64,000 bases of DNA from Octopus vulgaris (taxonomy: Eukaryota), in contig OX597832.1 in NCBI GenBank assembly GCA_951406725.2, forward strand, positions 52,948,001 through 53,012,000. The letters are read 5' to 3'. The notes under the pieces are model-generated. The model was given only the letters and a program-made list of their open reading frames with translations, was not told the origin of the DNA and ran no database searches. The position numbers and the translations under genes are program-made. Below are positions 25,432-37,231 of this stretch, piece after piece. Position 1 is the stretch's first letter. The number at the start of each line of letters is the position of its first letter.

Positions 25432-25760
25432 GTACACTCATACACACATATGAACACACACGCACACACACACACACACACACATATACTTACACACACA
25501 TACACCCCACGCACACATACACACACATGTTCACACACACATGTGCGCGTACATGTGCATACACACACACACGCACACACACACACACACACACACACTC
25601 ACATATACACACCTGTACACTCATGCACACATATGAACACACATGCACACACACATATACTCACACACACATGCACACACATACACCCCACGCACACATA
25701 CACACACATGCTCACACACACATATGCGCATGCACGTGCATACACACAGACACACGCAAG
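25385..25760. repeat. Compound (CA)n microsatellite with an internal duplicated block
   Basis: Direct reading; cctgtacactca...atatgaacacac...caccccacgcacac occurs twice. Confidence 0.9.
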
Positions 25761-26193
25761 TGTAGTCATGGTTTGGTTGAGTAGTTTGAGGTGGTTTCAT
25801 GGCAAAGAATTCATCAAGGTATCTTTTTTACGTCATCCGAGGAATTGAAATTTTTGCCATTAAGACTATTCTGCAGAGACCTGAATAAGTGGAAATCCAA
25901 AGGAGCAATATCTGGTAAATATGGAGGGTAGGGTAACACATCCCAGCCGATCATGAGGTTTCGAGTTCAGCAAAACAAACCAATGAAATCAGTTCCAGGC
26001 CTTAAAGGAATAAGAACTGGGATAGATTCATTTGACTAAAAATTCATCATGGCAGTGCCCCAGCATGGCCACAGTCTAATGACTGAAACAATTAAAAGAT
26101 AAAAGAGTGTGTGTGTGTGTGTGTGTGTAAATATATACTTATTTACAATATTTAACCCTTTAGTATTTAAACTAGCCATATCTAGCCAAAATA

Positions 26194-26759
26194 TTGGGTT
26201 ATCCGGAAAGTTCGTGCCGATTTATAGGAGCTTACCTTTCAACCGTTTTTAGAACATGGTTGAGTCCATAAAATAGGATTTGACTACACCTCCATTTAGA
26301 ACACAGTTTAAGCTATCTTTTCGTGGGAGAAGGTTTATGTTCATATAACCTGTGTTAATTCTATAACCCTTTAAAATGGAAGATAAAAAAGTTCATTTTT
26401 GGCATTTGATGCTTTGGGAACCAGACAAAAATTGCTGCAGCTCGGCTGGGATGTGTTACCCCACCCTCCATATTCACCAGATATTGCTCCTTTGGATTTC
26501 CACTTATTCAGGTCTCTGCAGAATAGTCTTAATGGTAAAAATTTCAATTCCTTGGATGACGTAAAAAGATACCTTGATGAATTCTTTGCCATGAAACTAC
26601 CTCAATTCTGGGAAGAGGGTATTTTCAAGTTAAAGGAAAGATGGAGACGCATTGTGCAACAAAATGGTTCATATTTGGTTGATTAAAAATGTAATGGCAA
26701 GTATTTATTGACCTTTTACTTTCCTTTAAAAATCGGCATGAACTTTCTGGACAACCCAA
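26194..26759 (+). mobile_element. Internally deleted mariner with both TIRs
   Basis: TA TSD, TIRs ttgggttatccggaaagttcgtgccgattt / aaatcggcatgaactttctggacaacccaa; retains the HPPYSPDIAPLDFHLF C-terminus. Confidence 0.92.
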
Positions 26760-26873
26760 TATTTTCTCCTGTGTTTATGCTGAAACTGGCCAGATCTGGC
26801 CTCTCTCACCAACCCTACAATGTAATTCATAAAATTAACAATTATCTCATCAAAATCTCAAAGCTAACAATAT

Positions 26874-27240
26874 AAACAAGAGCACTCAGAGAGCCAAGGC
26901 AACCTCAGCCAAGGCAACACCAACGTCCTCTCAATGATTAGCTGGAGAGGATTTTTAAAATGAGAATATTTGAAATAAACTCAACTGTTCTCACAAACAA
27001 GAATACTAAAAATGAACCTAATCGCTCTCTAAAATCAAGTAAAAAAACAGGAAAAATAATCCAGAATCCTTGTCCTGTAGCAGATCAATCCTCAAATCTA
27101 ATCAGTTTGTGCCAGTCACAAGGCCAAGCATCTCTGAAAGTTTCATCCGAATCCATCCAGCGGTTCTTGAGATATTTTGTCCACAAACAAACAAGCACAA
27201 CTGAAAACAATACCTCTGCCTTCGCTAAAGCAGAGATAAT
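26874..27240 (+). mobile_element. Helentron/HINE-like non-autonomous element
   Basis: aacaagagcactcagagag start, aagtttcat..aatccatccagcggttcttgagatat..acaaacaaac block, subterminal hairpin cctctgccttcgctaaagcagag. Confidence 0.55.
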
Positions 27241-27283
27241 AAACAAACATTACATTTGACAGAATCTTGTGAATACTAGAGGG

Positions 27284-27501
27284 ACAACGAAAAACCTGGC
27301 TGATGACAGTCAAGGCTGATCTGAAACCCAACCTAGGCCCCCATATCTACGGCGTTCGCCACTGGAATAAGGAGTGGTTGGAGATCACGCAGTCGTTAGC
27401 CTCAAATCTCCTGGCCTGGTCGGCGTTTGTGAGAGATGCAGCATTGAAGATGAATGAAGCCAGCTCAACCCACCCCGGGTGAATGCTGTCAAGTCAAAGT
27501 T
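27284..27501 (+). mobile_element. Short RTE-like LINE 3' end
   Basis: 12-bp TSD aatactagaggg at 27272-27283 and 27502-27513; caagt-type tail. Confidence 0.6.
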
Positions 27502-27616
27502 AATACTAGAGGGTTATACATACATGCACATATTAATGTAAGTTTGTATGTTTGCCTTCTTATCATCTATTTATAATTCAATCATCATTTATATTCTACG
27601 ATTATCTTAAATTATA

Positions 27617-28230
27617 AGTTGCGGCAGCATGTTCTCCAGTTGCAACCTTGCAACATTGGCTGCAAACCTGGGTGTTGCTACCCATAACGTGGAGGAGAGA
27701 AAAATTCATAAATACAGGGACCTGACCAGCTGCTATCACTTTGTGCTGGTCGCAGTCAAAAAATCAAGTGTTTCAAGGACCCTGTACTACCAATTTCCTC
27801 CGCAAAATAGGGACATCAGCGATCTTCCAGAGACATGAGCCCTGCAAGGTGGAGTGGCTACTGCAGCAACGCCATAGCGGTCATTACCGTGGGGCACAGC
27901 TGAGTACTCCATTTGCTCTGGTGTATGTAGCCCTTCACACTTTCCCCTTCTATATTCTGCTGCTTTACCCCCTCCTGGTCGCAGTCGAAACATCAAGTGT
28001 TTCAAGGGCCCTGTACTACCAATTTCCTCTGCAAAATAGGGACATCGGCGATCTTCCAGAGACATGAGCCCTGCAAGGTGGAGTGGCTACTGCAGCAACG
28101 CCATAGCGGTCATTACCGTGGGGCACAGCTGAGTACTCCATTTGCTCTGGTGTATGTAGCCCTTCACACTCTCCCCTTCTATATTCTGCTGCTTTACCCC
28201 CTCCTTTTTTTCTTTTTTTCTTTTCCTTTC
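27617..28230 (+). mobile_element. CRE-like (RLE) non-LTR 3' fragment with a 229-bp tandem duplication
   Basis: EERKIHKYRDL...YHFVLVAVET...FLRKIG...EWLLQQR...RG resembles the K..KY..L...F.P.AVET.G C-terminus; repeat period 229 bp. Confidence 0.6.
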
Positions 28231-28791
28231 TTATCTGTTTCTTTGTATTTTAAATGTCATAAATATACTTTTTATCTTCATGAATTTGTTTTGCAAAATT
28301 CCTGATATGAAATGATTTGTTGAAACAGATATTGTTTCATTCCAGGATGGTCATTTTGTTTTTCCTTTTTGCCAAATAAACACACATTATGTATTCATTC
28401 TTCACTTGTTTATTATTGTTCTTATTTTATCTGCTTTCCATTGTCTGGAAATCTTTCGTGACACATCTGTGACCTCTTCAGTGACTCTTCCATCCACTTA
28501 TATGCCCCGCTTGTATTCTGTTTACTCCGTTCTCTAAACAGAACTAAAGCAAGACCAAACAGAACAGGAGGATGCACATGGATGGAAGAGTTGCTGAGGA
28601 GGTCACAGATGTGTGACAAAAGATTTCCAGGCAATGGACATAAGATAAAATAAGAACAATAATAAACGATTAAAGAACGAATATATAGTACATATGAATA
28701 TATAGTGCGTGTGGCAGAAAAGAAAAAAATTACCATCCCAAAATATAACGATAAAAGTTTTATCATTTGAATTTGTATTTTCTCTTTTCAG

Positions 28792-28993
28792 TCTGTCACA
28801 AACTTGCTGCCCAATTTGGACTAATGAAATTATCGATGGGAGACGCTGTAAGGAATGTGTTGGAAAATCAACCCAAGACATTCCTTGCTCAACAAATATT
28901 AAGTTACCTTATCAAAGGGCTCACAGTCCCAGATGAATTAGCAGTGAAAGCCATTGAAACGGCTTTATTGGATGTCACTGCTCAAACACGAGG
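28792..28993 (+). CDS. AK9: AK9-like exon (FCHKLAAQFGLMKLSMGDAVR...GLTVPDELAVKAIE...TRG)
   Basis: ttttcag/gtatat, 202 nt, phase 1-2; SxGD and GxxVPDE motifs of the AK NMP-binding region. Confidence 0.92.
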
Positions 28994-29459
28994 GTATATT
29001 TTATCTTTGGTCTTCTAATTGTTTCAGTCATTAGACTCAGGTCATGCTGGGGCACCACCCTGAAAGAGTTTTAGCTGTACAAACAAACCCCTGCACTTCC
29101 TTTTTTTTTTTTTTTTGTGAGCCTGGTACTTATTCTGTCTGTCTCTTTTGCTGGACTAATAAGTTATAGGGGACGTAAACACACCAACACCAGTTGTTGA
29201 GCTGTGGTTGTGCTGACAAACACAATACAAAGACACATGTGAGGACTGGCAAACCAGGAGGCTGCACCAGGCTTCAATCTGATCCGGCAATGTTTCTACA
29301 GCTGGATACCCTTCCTAGCGCCAACCACTCCGAGAGTGTAGTGGGTGCTTTTTACATGCCACTGGCACAGGAGCCAGTCAGGCAGCCCTGAGAGCAATCA
29401 TGGTCGGATAGTGCTTTCTACATGCCACCGACACAGAGCTACATATATATAAGTATATA

Positions 29460-29624
<165 letters not shown>

Positions 29625-29672
29625 CAACCCATGCTAGCATGGAGAACGGACGTTAAACGATGATGATGATGA

Positions 29673-29706
<34 letters not shown>

Positions 29707-29934
29707 TTACATACACATATATATGTATGTATATATATATATATATTTAATACACAACTATGAGAGAGGATAGTTGTGTATTAATAATATTTACTGAATC
29801 TCAGTCTTTTATGCGCTAGGCCACTGGTGTTTAAATTGATGTTATTAAATTAATATCCAATTTTTTTCACCCTCATTTTGACTTTATATATATATATATA
29901 CATACACATATATCTGTATATGTATATATGTGTG

Positions 29935-29980
<46 letters not shown>

Positions 29981-30511
29981 GATTATATATATTTTTATTT
30001 ACATTTTATTTACACTTTTAGCGCTCTCTTCCGTTATCAGATTTGTTAAAAAGTGGTTTAAAGTTAAATTTCTTGGCCTTTCTATATATAAAAAAAACTC
30101 ACAATTTTGTATATATAAAAAGGCCAAGAAATTTAACTTTAAACCACATTTTGGTAAATCCAATAACAGAAAAAAGCACTAAAAGTGCGAATAAAATGTA
30201 AATAAAAATATATATAATCATCCAACGTTCCCACTACCTTACTATTCTATATATATATATATATATTTTAAGGAACTTGTTGAACTTTTTTATGTCCTTA
30301 ACATGTCCCTGTTACCAAAGACTGTATATATATATGTAATGTAGCAATTTGCAACAACCAATAATTAACGCAACCAAACTTCCACATGTTACTTTTGACA
30401 ATCTTTTTCCAAAGAGTGAAACCGGTAAAGTAAATAAACATCTTTTAAATTGCATTTTCAAACCTTCTTTCGTATATAATTCCACTCGTGCGGTACCCCA
30501 CAACTCAACTT

Positions 30512-30560
<49 letters not shown>

Positions 30561-31040
30561 TAATATCAGGGTAATAAATATTTTAGAAATTTTTACTACC
30601 TGTGGCCTTGCATGTAGAAAAAATTAGTCAATAGACTATATATTATTCATATAAATACAGTGTACATTTAAACACATAAGAGGTATCCTTCATAAGATTC
30701 CTTTCACGCTAAAAGGAACAGCTAAAGTCCAAACCACTATTAGGGATAAAAAAACTCGAAGGGAATGAAAAATAAAAACATTTACCATCTATTTCCTAGA
30801 CCATGGCTTCTGACTTATTTTAGCAAATATGATGAAGACTTCGCTTAGCAAATTATTTTATTTGTTAAAAAAAAGTCAGAAACCATTGTCCAGGAGATAG
30901 ATGGTAAATGCTTTTATTTTTCCTTCCCTTCAAGTTTTTTTATCCCTAGTAGTGGTTTGGACTTCAGCTGTTCCTTCTAGCGTGAAAAGAATCCTATGAA
31001 GGATACCTTTTATGTGTTTAAATGTACACTGTATTTATAT

Positions 31041-31347
31041 ATCACGTGATCACATGACCGACCAGACCATCAGATGTTGTTACACATCGCTGGTCACAAT
31101 GCGTTAGCATTGGTTTAGCCTTCGAATGACGCCACCCCGCTGGCTAAGCGAGCAGGCCAATAGAAGAAAGAGTGGGAGAAAGAGTGGTGAAAGAGTACAG
31201 CAGGGATCACCACCCCCTGCCGGTTCCTCGTGGAGCTTTTAGATGTTTTTGCTCAATAAACACTCACAACGCCCGGTCTGGGAATCAAAACCGTGGTCCT
31301 ACGACCGGGAGTCCGCTGCCCTAACCACTGGGCCATTGTGCCTCCAC
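31041..31347 (-). mobile_element. tRNA-derived SINE, same head and body as 4015-4400, third type of 3' end
   Basis: Head matches; TSD gtatttata at 31031-31039 and 31348-31356. Confidence 0.82.
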
Positions 31348-31356
31348 GTATTTATA

Positions 31357-31460
<104 letters not shown>

Positions 31461-32068
31461 ACAGGCTTCTTTCAGTTTTCATCTTCCAAATCTACTCACT
31501 AGACTTTAGTCAGCACCAGGCTATAGTAGAAGACACTTGCCCATAGTGCCATGCAGTGGGACTGAACCCAGAACCAGTTGGTGGGGGAGTGAGCTTCTTA
31601 TACAGCTACACCACCAGCACCTGTGGTGATAGCTTTTGTTGTTTTTTTTTGGTTTTTGTTTTTATGTAGATTTACATATTAAGATATGTAAGTAATTAAT
31701 TACAGCTTCCATTCTAAATCTACTTTTGTCAAATTTCATCTTCATCATCCTCACCATCATCATCATCACCCCCACCCCCATCATCATCATCATCATTTAA
31801 TGTCCACTTTTCCATGCTTGCATGAATCAGACAAATTCATTGAGGCAGACTTTCTACAGCTGGTTGCACTTCCTGTTGCTAACCCTCACCTGTTTCCAAG
31901 TAAAGTGCTTCAAGCATAAATAGCACAGTGGTGTCATCAAGTACCTGCAGAAAAAGGTTTTGAGCCCCACCAGGGACATCCATGCTGACCTGGTTTATAA
32001 CATTAGGGTATTACATTCTAGCTTTATCAAAAGTGCATAACTGAATTTAAGAAGGGAACTGACTTTTC

Positions 32069-32587
32069 GACGTATTTTAAAACATGGTTGAGTCCATAAA
32101 ATAGGATTTGACTACACCTCCATTTAGAGCACAGTTTAAGCTATCTTTTTGTGGAAGAAGGTTTATGCTTCTATAACCTGTGTTAATTCTGTAACCCTTT
32201 AAAATGGAAGATAAAAAAGTTCATTTTTGGCACTTGATGCTTTGGGAACCAGACAAAAATTGCTGCAGCTCGGCTGGGATGTGTTACCCCACCCTCCATA
32301 TTCACCAGATATTGCTCCTTTGGATTTCCACTTATTCAGGTCTCTGCAGAATAGTCTTAATGGTAAAAATTTCAATTCCTTGGATGACGTAAAAAGATAC
32401 CTTGATGAATTCTTTGCCATGAAACCACCTCAATTCTGGGAAGAGGGTATTTTCAAGTTAAAGGAAAGATGGAGATGCATTGTGCAACAAAATGGTTCAT
32501 ATTTGGTTGATTAAAAATGTAATGGCAAGTATTTATTGGCCTTTTACTTTCCTTTAAGAATCGGCACGAACTTTCCGGACAACCCAA
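32069..32587 (+). mobile_element. Second copy of the deleted mariner (left TIR lost)
   Basis: Near-identical to 26194-26759, including the deletion junction; right TIR + TA. Confidence 0.9.
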
Positions 32588-32717
32588 TACATGCCTGGTC
32601 ACTGGAAATATTATTTTTCTTGAAATAATTAAGGGTTGGCAGCAGGAAACCTGCCTCAAAATAAATTCTGACTGACCCTATGCAAGCACGGAAAAGAGGA
32701 TATTAAGTGATATTTGG

Positions 32718-32765
32718 TGATAATGATGATGGTGGTGGCGGCGGCGATGGTTGTTGTTATTTTTG

Positions 32766-32804
<39 letters not shown>

Positions 32805-32826
32805 TTGTTGTTGTTGTTGTTGTTGC

Positions 32827-32906
<80 letters not shown>
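32718..32906. repeat. Trinucleotide mosaic (GTT/GCT/GAT/ATT)n
   Basis: Direct reading. Confidence 0.9.
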
Positions 32907-32908
<2 letters not shown>

Positions 32909-33034
32909 AAAAAGAAAATCTGCGCAAGCTGTGATATATGGCGTGATATTATTTTACTACACCTTCGCATTTCAGATGTAATTAATCCTTAAAAAATTTA
33001 CTTAATCTTGCTCAATTACTTCCTTATCTTTCAG

Positions 33035-33181
33035 TTATGTTTTTGACGGGATACCTGCGACTGACAATCTAGCCAAATTACTGGATGCCAGGAAGATTAT
33101 TCCAGTAAAGGTCTTAGTGTTGAATACTGCCATGGAAGAAACTGCATTCAGAGGATCTCTTGAACGAGTCGAGAAGGAAGC
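33035..33181 (+). CDS. AK9: AK9-like exon (YVFDGIPATDNLAKLLDARKIIPVKVLVLN...EKEA)
   Basis: tttcag/gtgagt, 147 nt, phase 2-2; GYVFDG-x-P AK signature-like. Confidence 0.9.
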
Positions 33182-34052
33182 GTGAGTCTGATTGAAAATA
33201 CTTGCCTCCAGTAAAATCTAAATTTTGCCTGATGTAATTCTGGTCGTTTTAATCCTTAATCTTTTAGTATTTAGATTACTCTGTCAAATGTAATGCTTGT
33301 TGCTGGTATCATGCAAATGACACCCATGAAATTGTAATTGTGGCCATAGCCAGTAGCATGATCTTCGTCGGTTGGGCCTCATGGAGGCGAGGAATAAGGT
33401 GGTGAAGCATGATCGTCTGTTGGGCTTCACGGAGGCGAAGAACAAGGTAGTGAAACATGATCTTCGTATGTTGGGCCTCATGGAGGTGAGGAATATGTAT
33501 ATATGTGTATGTGTATATGTTTGTGTTTGTCCCCCCCAACATTGCTTAACAACCGATGCTGGTGTGTTTACGTCCCTGTAACTTAGCGGTTCGGCAAAAG
33601 AGACCGATAGAATAAGTACTAGGCTTCCAAAGAATAAGTCCTGGGGTCGATTTGCTCGACTAATGGCGGTGCTCCAGCATGGCCGCAGTCAAATGACTGA
33701 AAGAAGTAAAAGAGTAAAAGAGAGTTACATTACACATCCAGCAGTGTATACTAGCCTCATTCCTTTCTAACCTTTGCATATCCTCTGCATTCAGGGCTCA
33801 CATCTCATGTAGAATTGCTGTCTGTATACAGGCATCATACTATCTTCCTTTCACTCGGAGAGAAGACTCTTTGTGTGTACAAAAAGTAAATGAAAATGAA
33901 ATCAACTGAAGTATTGTATTTAAAATTTTAAAAAAGAAGCCCCAAGTGCAAGCCGACCATTTTTACAAACAAGTACATTCCATACTTTCTATTCAATTGT
34001 TTAGAAATTCAAGCAAACTTTATCTCTCTGCTGCTATATCTGTTTGCTTCAG

Positions 34053-34270
34053 GTCTTATTCCGAACATAACAGTGCCCAGATCCTTGCAACAAAACATCA
34101 AGTCTACAAGAAAGAAAACCAAAACATACAGGACTGGTATCAGAAGACTTTTGAGAACCTTTGTATAGTCATTGGGCAACAGTCCAAGTGGGCTCTTTGG
34201 AATGAAATTAAAGAGGCCATATCGGGTTCTGTTGAAAAAGTTCAATCGTATTTAGAAAATGTCAAGAAAG
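34053..34270 (+). CDS. AK9: AK9-like exon (SYSEHNSAQILA...WYQ...SKWALWNEI...VQSYLENVKK)
   Basis: cttcag/gtaaag, 218 nt, phase 2-1. Confidence 0.9.
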
Positions 34271-35179
34271 GTAAAGTTTACTTTGTAAAGAAAGGTTTTT
34301 TTATGGCTTAGCTGCCAATTAAAATTTCTGTGGATTTATTGTTCTTTTTGTTAATATTTTGCTAATTCTTCAAAAGAGCAAACATATTTTGGAATTTTTA
34401 AATTTTCATCGTGCTATGCATCAGTATTCTTTTTATTAACAATCACCATGACTGCCACCACCACCACCACCACCACCACCACCTGCACCACCAAACCAAC
34501 ATCACTAGCCCCACCACTATAACAACAACCAGTACTACCACTGCCACTGATGCCATCAATACCACCACCCACAGGACTACCACCAACACCACCACTACCA
34601 CCACCATCAACTCTACCAATACCAATACCTATTTCTTTACTACCCACAAGGGGCTAAACATAGAGGGGACAAACAAGGACAGACATAGGTATTAAGTCGA
34701 TTACATCGACCCCAGTGCGTAACTGGTACTTAATTTATCGACCCCGAAAGGATGAAAGGTAAAGTCGACCTCGGCGGAATTTGAACTCACAACGTAACGG
34801 CAGACGAAATACCGCTAAGCATTTCGCCTGACGTGCTAATGTTTCTGCCAGCTCGCCGCCTATACCAATACCATCTCTACCATCACCACCACAACAATTG
34901 CCTCATTTGCAGGCTTTTTTCATGGCACTGCACAAACACCTTTACATGAAACTTTCAAATAGAAATCATTGGATTCTTTTGAACTATAGGCACAGCAGTG
35001 GCTGTGTGGTAAGCAGCTTGCTTAACAACCACATGGTTCCAGGTTCAGTCCTACTGCATGGCACCTTGGGCAAGTGTCTTCTACTATAGCCTTGGGCCAA
35101 CCAAAGCCTTGTGAGTGGATTTGGTAAACAGAAACTGAAAGAAGCCCTTCATATATATGTGTGTGTATATATATATATA

Positions 35180-36373
35180 TATGCTCAACCTGTAGGAAAG
35201 GTACAGGTAGAAACTCCATAAGATGCACCCAATGTAAGTTATGGACACATAAGAGGTGCAGCAACATTAAAGGGAAATTAACAGATAAGATAGCTTTCAT
35301 GTGCGGCAGATGCACAGGGACAATAGACACAACAGACACTCAGAAAACAGATTCCATCACACTCCAGGGAGAGAAACTAGAAGTAGTTGATAGTTTCCGC
35401 TACCTGGGAGACCAAGTTAGTAGCGGAGGTGGATGCACAGAGAGTATCACCACTAGAATACGAATAGCCTGGGCAAAGTTCAGAAAGCTCCTACCCCTAC
35501 TGGCAACAAAAGGCCTCTCCCTCAGAGCAAAAGGTAGATTATATGATGCATGTGTGCGAACTGCCATGCTTCACGGTAATGAAACATGGGCTGTGACTGC
35601 AGAAGACATGCGTAGACTTGAAAGAAATGAAGCTAGCATGATCCGCTGGATGTGTAGTGTCAGTGTGCACGCAAAACAGAGTGTAAGTATCCTGAGAGAA
35701 ATGCTGGATATAAGAAGCATCAGATGTGGTGTGCAAGAGCGACGCTTGCGATGGTATGGTCATGTGCTGCGGATGGATGAAGAGAGATGTGTGAAGAAGT
35801 GCCACTCCCAAACAGTTGAAGGTATCAGGGGGAGAGGTAGACCCAGGAAGACATGGGATGAGGTGGTCAAGCATGACCTCAGAGCATTGGGCCTCACTGA
35901 GGCAATGGCGAAGGACCGAGATCTCTGGAGATATGCTGTGACTACAAAGACCCGGGCTGCTTTCTGCAGCAATTCCACATACCCCCTACCCATTCTAAGT
36001 ACCCCCCTACCCATTCTAAGTACCCCGGATCCCCAAAGTACCCCGGATCCCCAAAGTACCCTGGATCCCCAAAATACCCCGATCCCCAAAGTACCCCGGA
36101 CCTCATTGCCCCCGTGCCGCTGACACGTTAAAATGCTCGAATCCGATCGTGACGATGCCGGACCCTCCGGCCCCTGTGCAGGTGGCACGTAAAAAGCACC
36201 CAATCCACTCACGGAGTGGTTGGCGTTAGGAAGGGCATCCAGCCGTAGAAACTCTGCCAGATTCAGACTGGAGCCTGGAGCGGCCCCTGGCTTCCCAGAC
36301 CCGGTCAAACCGTCCAACCCGTGCTAGCGCGGAAAGCGGACGTTAAACGATGATGATGATGATGATGATGATG

Positions 36374-36375
<2 letters not shown>
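35180..36375 (+). mobile_element. 5'-truncated RTE-clade LINE: ORF2 C-terminus, 3'UTR and (GAT)n tail
   Basis: FRYLG...RIRIAWAKF...RRLRWYGHVLRM...RGRPRKTW...DRDLW; Cys/His finger upstream; inserted into the internal microsatellite of a SINE. Confidence 0.88.
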
Positions 36376-36409
<34 letters not shown>

Positions 36410-36652
36410 CTGTGTTTGTCCCCCCCCACCATCGCTTGACAACAGATGCTGGCGTATTTACATCTCCGTAATTTAGTGGTTCGGCAAAAAGAGACCAATA
36501 GAATAAGTACTAGGCTTACAAAGAATAAGTCCTGGGGTGGATTTGCTTGACTAAAGGCGGTGCTCCAGCATGGCCGCAGTCAAATGACTGAAGTAAAAGA
36601 GTAAAAGAGTAAAGAGTATATATATATATATATACATAGATATATAGATATA

Positions 36653-36690
<38 letters not shown>

Positions 36691-36751
36691 TAGATATATA
36701 GATATAGATATATACATATATATATATATAGATATATATATATACATATAC

Positions 36752-36794
<43 letters not shown>

Positions 36795-37072
36795 CACAGG
36801 TGTGGTTGTGTGGTAAGAAGCTTGCCATTGTTAAATGATGATGATGTTGATGAAAATTTAGTATAACATTTTAAACAACAGCAATTATTTAAATGCGGCG
36901 GCGGTGGTGGTGGTATGTGAACAATTCCAAAACTTTCTTTTAATGTCTTTATATAAATTCTCTCTGTTTTGTACAAATCTAATCAAATGACAAATGAGCA
37001 AATACAAATGAAAATGTTTTCTTCCAAACTCCATCTCAGTTTTTTTTTCACGTGTCCTGTCTTCTTTGCCAG

Positions 37073-37231
37073 ATCAAGCAGCCAGGCTCCAGGGTTTATG
37101 TATAACTAAAGAAACATTCTTCAGCAGACTTGGTGAATTCCATGAATACTGTCCGGTTACCCTTGCACTCGATGGAGAATTAGCAGATTGTTCAAAAGAT
37201 GAATCAATGAATCTTGTTGCTGAATATCAAG
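37073..37231 (+). CDS. AK9: AK9-like exon (DQAARLQGLCITKETFFSRLGEFHEYCPVTLA...VAEYQG)
   Basis: gccag/gtaatc, 159 nt, phase 1-1; LGEF-x-xYCPV motif. Confidence 0.92.

Noticed and set aside
26399-26686. SETMAR/transposase gene
   Set aside because: Only the C-terminal third inside an internally deleted mariner; non-functional
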